Notes under the pieces: generated by a model
The model's database searches: none
What the model was told of the DNA's origin: nothing
What the model saw: the letters and a program-made list of their open reading frames with translations, nothing else
Program-made: the position numbers and the translations under genes
Shown here: positions 56,671 to 64,000 of the stretch, piece by piece
How positions within the stretch are numbered: position 1 is the first letter of the stretch
Layout of the letters: the number at the start of each line of letters is the position of its first letter
Source: Limisphaerales bacterium
GTDB lineage: Bacteria > Verrucomicrobiota > Verrucomicrobiia > Limisphaerales > CAIMTB01
NCBI GenBank assembly: GCA_050250555.1
Contig: JBFWOK010000005.1
Coordinates: 14,602 to 78,601 of the forward strand
Direction of reading: 5' to 3'
Length of the DNA: 64,000 nucleotides

Positions 56671-58467
56671 ATGCATCCATCCAGGAAGACCGCGTTGCCC
56701 CTTCTCCTTCGAGCCCGGGTTTCATGGCTCCTGCTGGGGTTGGCCCTCGCGGGTTGCGACGCCAAGCACCCACCGAAGTCTGGTTCCCCGCCGTCTCTGA
56801 CGACCCCGCCGCCCGCTGCGGACTGGCTGGAGGACATCACCGACCGATTGGGGGTCGATTTCGTCCATGCCGTCGGCCCGGTCGGGTCGTACTACATGCC
56901 CGAGTCACTGGGTTCGGGTGTCGCGATCTTCGATTTCGATTCCGACGGGCGCATGGATCTTTTCCTCCTACAGAACGCGGGCCCGGATTCAACGGCCAGG
57001 CATCAGCTCTACCATCAGGGCGACGACGGCAGCTTCCTCAACGTCAGCGAAGGCAGCGGTCTCAATCTGCCGGGACGTGGAATGGGCGTGGCCGTCGGCG
57101 ACGTCAACAACGACGGCCGACCGGATGTTCTCATCACCGAGGTCGATCGGGCGCGGCTGTTCCGCAACCTCGGTGGGGGGCGGTTCGAGGAGAGGCCCGG
57201 GGGGGCCGGCATCATCAATCCCCATTGGGGATCTTCGGTCGCATTCGTTGACTACGATCGCGACGGCTGGCTCGACTGCGTCGTCGTGAACTACATCGAC
57301 TACTCGGAGTCCAACCACTGCCACGACCCGCAGGGACGAAGGACCTACTGCGGGCCGTCCGGTTTCCCGGGAGTCGCTCCGAGGCTGTTCCGCAACCTCG
57401 GTCCGTCCGCGGAGGATGGAACCGGCTTCGTCCGTTTCGAGGACACCACGGTACGGGCGGGATTGGCGCAACTGGCCGGTCCCGGCCTCGGCGTGGTGTG
57501 CGCCGACGCGACCGGCGATCGCTGGCCGGACTTGCTGATTGCGAACGACGGGCAGATGAACTGGCTTCTGGTCAACCAACGGGATGGCACGTTCACCGAG
57601 GAGGCCGCCCGGCGGGGCGTCGCGTTCAATGAGATGGGGGGCACCCAGGCGAACATGGGCGTCGCCCTCGGCGACGTCGATGGCGACAACCTCTTCGACA
57701 TCCTGATCACCCACCTGCACACCGAGACCCACGCCCTTTGGAAGCAGGGTCCGCGAGGGTTGTTCCAGGATCGCACGAGCCAGACCAGGGTCGCGGCTTC
57801 CCGTTGGCGCGGGACAGGATTCGGCGCGGTGTTCGCCGACCTCGACAACGATGGCGCTCTCGACCTCGCGATCGCCAACGGGGCGATCAAGCGGCAGTCG
57901 ATTCCGCCGCCTCCGCGCGGCAAGGCGAACAGTGATCCCTTTTGGAACGGCTTCGAACAACGAAGCCAGATTCTACTGAACGACGGCCGAGGAACCTTCA
58001 CCGACGTGTCGGATCAACATTTGTCCTTCACCGGAACCGCCGCCGTCGCCCGTGGACTTGCCGTGGGTGACCTCGACAACGACGGCGGACCCGACCTGGT
58101 GGTCACGCGTATCGCGGCGCCGGTCCGGGTCTTTCACAACTCCGCACCCCGCGGTCACTGGCTCACGATTCATGCCCGTCTTCCCGGGCATGGCGACCGG
58201 GACGCGTACGGCGCCACGATCCGAATCGACGCCGGCGGATTCATCCGGACTGCCTGGGTGAATCCCTCCCACAGCTATCTTTGCAGCCATGATCCCCGCG
58301 TGCATTTCGGCCTTGGCTCCCTCACCCGCGTCGACTCGGTGAACGTCGTTTGGCCGGACGGCAGCGAAGAAGAGTTCGGACCCTTCGACGCCAACCAGAT
58401 CCTGACCCTGCGCCAGGCAACAGGGCGCCCCGTCCAGAATCCCGCCGACGGTACCAGCCGCCCATGA
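56671..58467 (+). CDS. CRTAC1/ASPIC-UnbV family protein with FG-GAP/VCBS repeats (lipoprotein)
   Basis: Repeated FDxDxDGxxDL motifs (FDFDSDGRMDLF, GDVNNDGRPDVL, VDYDRDGWLDCV, GDLDNDGGPDLV) and a C-terminal UnbV-like block. Lipobox LALAGC. Start is uncertain (TTG 56611, ATG 56635 or ATG 56671). Confidence 0.75.
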   Translation: MHPSRKTALPLLLRARVSWLLLGLALAGCDAKHPPKSGSPPSLTTPPPAADWLEDITDRLGVDFVHAVGPVGSYYMPESLGSGVAIFDFDSDGRMDLFLLQNAGPDSTARHQLYHQGDDGSFLNVSEGSGLNLPGRGMGVAVGDVNNDGRPDVLITEVDRARLFRNLGGGRFEERPGGAGIINPHWGSSVAFVDYDRDGWLDCVVVNYIDYSESNHCHDPQGRRTYCGPSGFPGVAPRLFRNLGPSAEDGTGFVRFEDTTVRAGLAQLAGPGLGVVCADATGDRWPDLLIANDGQMNWLLVNQRDGTFTEEAARRGVAFNEMGGTQANMGVALGDVDGDNLFDILITHLHTETHALWKQGPRGLFQDRTSQTRVAASRWRGTGFGAVFADLDNDGALDLAIANGAIKRQSIPPPPRGKANSDPFWNGFEQRSQILLNDGRGTFTDVSDQHLSFTGTAAVARGLAVGDLDNDGGPDLVVTRIAAPVRVFHNSAPRGHWLTIHARLPGHGDRDAYGATIRIDAGGFIRTAWVNPSHSYLCSHDPRVHFGLGSLTRVDSVNVVWPDGSEEEFGPFDANQILTLRQATGRPVQNPADGTSRP

Positions 58468-59834
58468 ACCCCCGTCGGAAAACGTCACGAAGCTGGGCGG
58501 GAATCCTTCTCGCCTTCGCCGCCGTGGGCATGGGAATCGCCGTCGCGGCCGCTTTCTTCTTCATCGGCCGGGAGAAGGCGCGTGATGAACCCGTCGCCGA
58601 TCCGGCGCCCCCGATCGTGGACACCACGGGCTTTGATCCCGTCATCTCGGCGGCGATCGTCGAGGCACGGCGGTCAATCCTCGCGGCGCCGGGATCCCCT
58701 GAGACCTGGGGCGATCTGGGCATGGTCCTTTTCGCCCACGAGCTATTCAATCCGGCCCTGGAATGCCTGCTCCAGGCCGAGACGCTCGCTCCCCAGGATC
58801 CTCGCTGGCCCTACGTTGCCGGGCTTGCCCGGAGCGTCGAGGACCCCGCGGGCGCGGTCGCCCAACTGCGTCGCGCCGTTGATCTCATTCCCACGCCCAC
58901 CAGCGCCGAACCGGGTGCCTGGGAAGCCACGCGGGTGAAACTCGCCGAAATCCTCTTTCAACTCGGGTCTCATGCCGAAGCCAGGACCCTTTACCAGCAA
59001 GTCCGTACCCATCGCTCCGATTCGGGTCCCGCCGCCCTCGGCCTCGGCAAGATCGCCGCCGCCGTCGGCCAACCGGACGAATCGGTGCGCCTGCTCGAGG
59101 AGGCCGGCCGCGATCCGGCAACTCGCAAGGCCGCATACCGACTGCTTCTCGCACTTCATCAGCGGCTCGATCGAGCGGCCGAAGTGGAACGTCTGACCTC
59201 GCGGTTGAACCAGTTGCCGGACGACCTCGCCTGGACCGACCCATTCAGGGAAAAGATCGATTCCCTCAAGACGGGTGAGAACACGTGGATCGATCGAGCC
59301 GACGAGTGGATCCAGGCGGGTCGAGTCGGCGACGCGGCGAAGCTCCTCGAGAAGACTCTTGGCGCCTATCCGGACTCCGATCGCGCCCGGTTTTTCCTGG
59401 GTCGCGCCCGACACCGTCTCGGCGATCTCCAAGGCGCTGAATCCGTGCTCAAGCAGGCGATCAGCCGGTCACCCGGAATGCTCGAAGCCCATATGCAACT
59501 CGGAGTGGTCTGCCTGGCGCGCGGACGGAATGCGGAGGCGCGCAACGCCTTTCAGGCCGCCCTCCGGACCAAGCCCAACCTCGCCGAAGGCTGGTACAAC
59601 CTCGGACTCAGCCTCGGGAGCGAAGACCGCGCGGCCTCGATATCGGCGTTCCGAGAGGCGATCCGGCTGAAACCCAATCTGGTCGAAGCCTACCTGGGAC
59701 TCGCCGTTGTGCTCCGCGCGGAAAACCACGCCGACGAAGCGGCGGTCGTCCTGAATCAGGCGCTTGCCCTCAACCCACGGGATCCGCTGCGTCAGCGGAT
59801 ACTGACCGCACTGAAGGCGGCACCGCCGCGATAA
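58464..59834 (+). CDS. membrane-anchored TPR-repeat protein
   Basis: Trimmed to ATG 58464 (ATGA overlap with the CRTAC1-like stop). One TM segment (WAGILLAFAAVGMGIAVAAAFFFI) followed by multiple TPR units. Confidence 0.7.
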   Translation: MNPRRKTSRSWAGILLAFAAVGMGIAVAAAFFFIGREKARDEPVADPAPPIVDTTGFDPVISAAIVEARRSILAAPGSPETWGDLGMVLFAHELFNPALECLLQAETLAPQDPRWPYVAGLARSVEDPAGAVAQLRRAVDLIPTPTSAEPGAWEATRVKLAEILFQLGSHAEARTLYQQVRTHRSDSGPAALGLGKIAAAVGQPDESVRLLEEAGRDPATRKAAYRLLLALHQRLDRAAEVERLTSRLNQLPDDLAWTDPFREKIDSLKTGENTWIDRADEWIQAGRVGDAAKLLEKTLGAYPDSDRARFFLGRARHRLGDLQGAESVLKQAISRSPGMLEAHMQLGVVCLARGRNAEARNAFQAALRTKPNLAEGWYNLGLSLGSEDRAASISAFREAIRLKPNLVEAYLGLAVVLRAENHADEAAVVLNQALALNPRDPLRQRILTALKAAPPR

Positions 59835-59867
59835 CATCGGTCCGATCAACCGCGCACCTGAGGCACA

Positions 59868-60464
59868 TCAGGCGGACGCACGACGCCAGCGACGGATCAC
59901 GATCGCTCCGCCGAAGAGCACGGCGCCCATCATCAGGCTGGTCGCTTCGAGTTCGGGAATCGCCGCCGCGGTGGTTCGTTCGTAGCTGAAGGCGCCTCCT
60001 CCGGGGCCTCCCCCAGCCTCGCCCGATGTCCAGGAGAGAAACCGGATCCCGAGGTAGATGTCCTCCGTGATCAGGTGCAGGACCGCGTCCTTACCCACCA
60101 TCGTAGGGGGCGTGTACCCGGAAAGGTCCCCCCAGGTGGTGTACGAGAGGCTGGCCCAGTCCTCCAACGACCCGTAAGCCCATTCGGTTCCAGCGGGCGA
60201 GGAGATGAACGAGTACGTCGCTTCCGAAGCGATGTTGAACAGTCCCTGGGTATCCTTTCGGGTCAACCAGATGTTGTCCGTGATCCGATCCTGATTGGCC
60301 GCCAAGGTGTAGTCGGCGTAGGCCGCCTTGGAAAAAGTGGTCGTGGGTCCGGTCCAGATGACGGCCGCCGAAGCCGACGCCATGGTCAACGCCCACGCAA
60401 GGGTCGCCAGGATGGCCGCCCGAAACCCCGAGGAAATAGGCGGATGGGTTCGATGAGCATTCAT
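59868..60464 (-). CDS. small secreted protein with PEP-CTERM-like C-terminal sorting signal
   Basis: Trimmed to ATG 60464. Signal peptide. The C-terminus IPELEATSLMMGAVLFGGAIVIRRWRRASA has a PE-motif, a hydrophobic helix and a basic tail. Confidence 0.6.
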   Translation of the reverse strand: MNAHRTHPPISSGFRAAILATLAWALTMASASAAVIWTGPTTTFSKAAYADYTLAANQDRITDNIWLTRKDTQGLFNIASEATYSFISSPAGTEWAYGSLEDWASLSYTTWGDLSGYTPPTMVGKDAVLHLITEDIYLGIRFLSWTSGEAGGGPGGGAFSYERTTAAAIPELEATSLMMGAVLFGGAIVIRRWRRASA

Positions 60465-60693
60465 GAGCTTGAATTGGATTCTGATGGCCACCTCGCGTCA
60501 GAATTCACACGGCATGACACATAGGCCTGAGTTGTGCATTGAGGTCGTTCCCCACGGCCGCTCTCCCAGCTTTTTCGGTATCCGACGTCCGCCGGGGAGT
60601 TCGAACGCGGGCCAACGCATCCCTTCTCGGGGCACCGAGTCGACCTGTCAAGATCCGTCCCGGGGTGGCCTCCCGCCCGCCGGATCCGTCGCA

Positions 60694-62133
60694 TCAGGCG
60701 GTCCATCCCTTCCTGGAAGGTCGTTGAACCCAGGCGTTGAGATCCGGCAGATTGGTCACCCGCATCCCCGGTCCGTCCCACATGACCTTCGTGCCCTGGC
60801 CCGCCTTCATCGCGAGATTGCCGAGGATGGAGAACTCCGTGAGGCGCGTCCCGTAGTCAAAGGGCACGGCGGTCTCCGTCTTGCCCGCGCGAACCGCGTC
60901 CAGGAAGTCCGCGAAGATGTTCCTGGGCCTGGGAAGCGTCTTCGGGGGCGCCGGCGTTTCCTCCATTTTGGAATACGGAACGATGTGCATTTTGTCGCCG
61001 TACGTGCCCGTGAAAATGACGCCTTTCGTGCCGACGTAGAGGGTTCCGCTGTCGCCCGAATCCAGCCCTTCATCCGGATATTGACGGCGCAGATCGAGCA
61101 GCAATGCCGGCAGGTTTCGGTCGTCCCCTTTCACGGCTCGCAGCGACCCCGAAGGCTTGCCGGTCGTCGTCGCATTCAGGCCCTCGTACCAGTAGGCCTT
61201 GAGGGCGGGCATGCCTTCGCGCGCCGGGATGTCCCATCGGACCTTGCTCCCGGTGGGGTAGCGCTCGTCGCTGCCGCCCCGCAATTGTTCGGCCTCGATG
61301 CTGGTGGGGTGATCGCATTTGAGGGCCCAGAAGACGCCGTCGAGAACGTGGCATCCCATGTTGCCGATGGAACCGTTGCCGAAGTCGTACCAGCCATGCC
61401 ACTCGTGCGGATGAAGGTCGTCGTGGAAGTCCCGGTAGGGCGCCGGTCCGATCCATTCATCCCAGTGCAGTCCGGTCGGAACGGGCGCCTTTGGTGGACG
61501 CGGCCCCTCGCCGCCGTTGGCGCGGTTCGTCCAGCTGTGGGTCTCGGTGACGTCGCCGATGACCCCGGACCACAGATACTCGCAGAGACGACGGTAGCCC
61601 TCGTCGCAATGGCCCTGATTCCCCATCTGGGTCGCCACCTTCGTCCGGGCGGCCATCGCGCGCATCGCGCGGGCTTCCCCGATGTCATGGCAGACCGGCT
61701 TCTCGCAGTACACGCTCTTTCCGAGCTGCATGGCGATCAGCGAGGGCAACGCGTGGTGGTGGTTCGGCGAGGCGATGAACACCGCGTCGATGTCCTTTCC
61801 CACCTTGTCGAACATTTTCCTGTAATCCGTGAAGACCTGGAGGTGTTCGCCCGAGCCCCCGTTGGCCTGGACCCATTTCCGGGCGGTCGCGTGACGCGCC
61901 TCGTCGACGTCGACGATCGCCACGAGGTGCTCCGCCTTCGCCGCGGGGAGATGGGCGCCAATGCCGCGGCCGCCGCAGCCAATCTGCACGAACCGGACTT
62001 TGTCGCCCGCGTTGGCGGCTGAAAGGATGTTGAATGGCGTCGTGGCGATCGCCCCCAAGGCAAGGGCGGAAGCCTTGGTGAAGGAACGACGGGACAGGGA
62101 TGGCGATGACGATGGCGATGGAAATGGCTTCAT
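60694..62133 (-). CDS. Gfo/Idh/MocA-family oxidoreductase with twin-arginine signal
   Basis: TAT-like SRRSFTKASALALGA. Rossmann motif VRFVQIGCGGRGIGAH. Size and layout are typical of periplasmic Gfo/Idh/MocA enzymes. Confidence 0.8.
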   Translation of the reverse strand: MKPFPSPSSSPSLSRRSFTKASALALGAIATTPFNILSAANAGDKVRFVQIGCGGRGIGAHLPAAKAEHLVAIVDVDEARHATARKWVQANGGSGEHLQVFTDYRKMFDKVGKDIDAVFIASPNHHHALPSLIAMQLGKSVYCEKPVCHDIGEARAMRAMAARTKVATQMGNQGHCDEGYRRLCEYLWSGVIGDVTETHSWTNRANGGEGPRPPKAPVPTGLHWDEWIGPAPYRDFHDDLHPHEWHGWYDFGNGSIGNMGCHVLDGVFWALKCDHPTSIEAEQLRGGSDERYPTGSKVRWDIPAREGMPALKAYWYEGLNATTTGKPSGSLRAVKGDDRNLPALLLDLRRQYPDEGLDSGDSGTLYVGTKGVIFTGTYGDKMHIVPYSKMEETPAPPKTLPRPRNIFADFLDAVRAGKTETAVPFDYGTRLTEFSILGNLAMKAGQGTKVMWDGPGMRVTNLPDLNAWVQRPSRKGWTA

Positions 62134-62288
62134 GGCGTCTAGGCGTATTGGCTTGGGTGCCGGTGGAACACTCCCGTGTTAGGCGACGAACGGCGGCCGT
62201 CGCGAGCCTAAAAATCAGGCACCGTGCCGCGCTCGGCGACTTTCCCCCCCGGGACTCAGGGCGCGCCGAAACCTGCCGGAAGCCGATT

Positions 62289-62306
62289 TGTGAATACTTG
62301 TTCACA
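62289..62306. promoter_or_regulatory. perfect palindrome TGTGAA-N6-TTCACA (candidate operator)
   Basis: A+T-rich 6-6-6 palindrome in a divergent intergenic region. It ends 38 nt upstream of ATG 62345. Half-sites resemble CRP/FNR-type TGTGA/TCACA but are spaced N8 rather than N6. Confidence 0.3.
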
Positions 62307-62344
62307 GGCGGGCCGCAGGACCGTCACCCGGACGCGATCAGGAT

Positions 62345-64000
62345 ATGGGGGTGAAGGTGCTCATCCTGACTGCAAGATTCGGGGATGGTCATAGCGCGGC
62401 CGCCAGAAATCTCCGCGGCGCTTTGGAAAGCCTGGCGCCCGATGGATGTCAGGTCGAAATGCTGGATCTTCTGGACGCGGTCTACGGTCGGCTGAACCAC
62501 CTCGCCCGCACCGCCTACCTGGGGCTGGTCCGCCACGCCCCCGCCCTCTGGAAGACCGTGTACAACCTGGTGGATGCCGCTCCAGGTCTGTCGGCGGCGG
62601 GATCCTGGAGCCGGCTCCGCGAAGCCCTTCGGGATATTCTCAACGAAGCCCAACCCGACGTCGTGGTCTCCACCTATCCCGTCTACGCGGACGTCGTCGC
62701 CGAGCTCTACCGCGACCACGCGGAGCGCCCCTTCCGTCTCTTCACGATCATCACCGACTCCGAATCGATCAACTCTGCGTGGTACCGAAGTCCCAGCGAC
62801 TGTTACTGCGTCGCCAACGAGGCGAGCGCGGAAGTCCTCATCCGGGCGGGGGTTTCCTCCGATCTCGTCCGAGTCACCGGGTTCCCGGTGAGCCCGGAGT
62901 TTCATGAGGAGGCCGTCCCTGAGATCGATCCTCCGGTCGGCCGCGCGAACAGGCGCCTTCTCTTCCTGGTGAACGCGGCGAGGCCCAAACTTGGGCGGAC
63001 GCTCGAGGATCTGCTGAAGCTCCCGCAGGTTCGCCTGACGGTGACGGTGGGGCGGGACAGCAGGCTGAGGGCGCGCCTCCATGAACGCCTGGAGCCGTAC
63101 GGCGACCGTGTGAGGCTGTACGGATGGACCCAACTCATGCCGAGGCTGCTTCTCACCCACCACCTGGTGATTGGCAAGGCGGGAGGCGCCACGGTGCAGG
63201 AAGCCATCGCGGCGCGCTGCCCGATGATCGTGAACCAGGCCATCCCCGGCCAGGAGGAGGGCAATGCGCGACTGATCGCCGACCAAGGGTTCGGCTGCGT
63301 CGTTGACGGTCGGCGCGAGACCGTCGAAGCCGTCAAGCGGGCGTTCAGCGACCGGGCCCTTGTCTGGAAGGACTGGCGCGAGCGCCTGAATCGGGCGAGC
63401 CGCCCCGGGGCTGTGTTCCGGATCGCCGAGATGATCCTGGCGGACGGCGCCGACACCGCGAGCCGGCCAAGCTTTCATGGCTGGGTTCCCGAACCGGACC
63501 TCGCGCCTCCCAACCTCCTTCCTTCGGCGCCCATCAAGCCGCTCCTGTGCGACTTCCACACGCACACAACCTATTCCGACGGCAAACTCACCGTGACCGA
63601 GCTCGTGGACTTCTACGGCCGACTCGGCTTCGACTGCATTTGCATCACGGATCACATCGCGGACCCCCGGCGCCTCCTCAGCCGGCTGAGCCGGCTGACA
63701 GGCTTGACCCTGAGCCCCGCCCAGGTGCCTGAGTACTTCGAGGTCATCGCGCGGGAAGCCGCGCGGGCCTGGCGCCGCTATCGGATGCTCGTCATGGCCG
63801 GTCTGGAGTTCAACAAGGACGGATGCCGCGCCCGTAGTTCGGCCCACCTTCTGGGCGTCGACCTGCGTGAGCCCATCCCCCCCGATCTCGACCTGCCGGA
63901 GACGATCTCGCGCATCCACTCCCAGGGTGCCCTCGCGGTGGCTTCCCATCCCCACGTCATGAAAAGCGAGTGGGGGAAAAACACCCTGTATCTCTGGGAG
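62345..64000 (+). CDS. GT28 (MGDG-synthase/MurG-like) glycosyltransferase fused to a PHP phosphoesterase domain (partial, runs off right edge)
   Basis: Not in the supplied track because it has no stop inside the window. I translated frame 2 by hand from ATG 62345 to about 63660 without meeting a stop; translation from there to 64000 was not re-checked codon by codon. N-terminus KVLILTARFGDGHSAAARNL; C-terminal GT-B motif VIGKAGGATVQEAIAARCPMIV..GQEEGNA. From about 63550 there are PHP motifs CDFHTHTTYSDG and ITDH. The 543-aa minus ORF 62324..63955 is its antisense shadow. Confidence 0.8.
   Translation, partial: MGVKVLILTARFGDGHSAAARNLRGALESLAPDGCQVEMLDLLDAVYGRLNHLARTAYLGLVRHAPALWKTVYNLVDAAPGLSAAGSWSRLREALRDILNEAQPDVVVSTYPVYADVVAELYRDHAERPFRLFTIITDSESINSAWYRSPSDCYCVANEASAEVLIRAGVSSDLVRVTGFPVSPEFHEEAVPEIDPPVGRANRRLLFLVNAARPKLGRTLEDLLKLPQVRLTVTVGRDSRLRARLHERLEPYGDRVRLYGWTQLMPRLLLTHHLVIGKAGGATVQEAIAARCPMIVNQAIPGQEEGNARLIADQGFGCVVDGRRETVEAVKRAFSDRALVWKDWRERLNRASRPGAVFRIAEMILADGADTASRPSFHGWVPEPDLAPPNLLPSAPIKPLLCDFHTHTTYSDGKLTVTELVDFYGRLGFDCICITDHIADPRRLLSRLSRLTGLTLSPAQVPEYFEVIAREAARAWRRYRMLVMAGLEFNKDGCRARSSAHLLGVDLREPIPPDLDLPETISRIHSQGALAVASHPHVMKSEWGKNTLYLWE

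Noticed and set aside
62324-63955. 543-aa minus-strand ORF, the longest track ORF in this region
   Set aside because: Its translation is low-complexity Arg/Gly/Pro/Asp-rich with no motifs. The opposite strand gives clear GT28 and PHP motifs, so this is an antisense shadow typical of high-G+C DNA.

Overview
High-G+C bacterial chromosomal segment (about two-thirds G+C by eye, not computed). Gene content points to the PVC superphylum, most likely Verrucomicrobiota: two ECF-sigma/Ser-Thr-kinase pairs, a sulfatase, PA14 and CRTAC1/FG-GAP proteins, a PEP-CTERM-like anchor, a multi-haem cytochrome plus beta-propeller dehydrogenase pair, and a TAT-signal Gfo/Idh/MocA oxidoreductase. I support about 47 protein genes and one tRNA-Gln(UUG). 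I saw no rRNA, CRISPR, transposase, integrase, phage or recognisable defence genes. Many long ORFs in the track are antisense shadows or upstream over-extensions, as expected at this G+C; starts were trimmed where a signal peptide, domain boundary or stop/start overlap supported it. Main content: (1) 10.7-21.1 kb holds a type II FAS/PKS-like lipid or pigment cluster: adenylating enzyme, methyltransferase, GT2, HydE/BioB-like radical SAM, flavin halogenase-like enzyme, KS, Cys-less KS partner, KR and ACP. A FabZ-like dehydratase lies 10 kb away at the left edge. This resembles aryl-polyene/xanthomonadin clusters but adds a radical SAM gene, and it is my best candidate for something new. (2) Two ECF-sigma/STK modules; the first is associated with a twice-repeated bipartite motif, TGTAACC-N14-TTTCAGGAT. 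(3) Two copies of a ~125-bp element with 20-bp terminal inverted repeats bracket the second sigma/kinase/esterase module. A second hairpin repeat family built from CACGRAGG units is also present. (4) A roughly 12.6-kb minus-strand gene string, corA-ntrB-ntrC-GT39-GT9-3xGT4-wecA-like-moeA, lies behind a candidate sigma-54 promoter. (5) A GT28-PHP fusion gene runs off the right edge and is absent from the ORF track. All family calls come from motifs read by eye; no database search was run.
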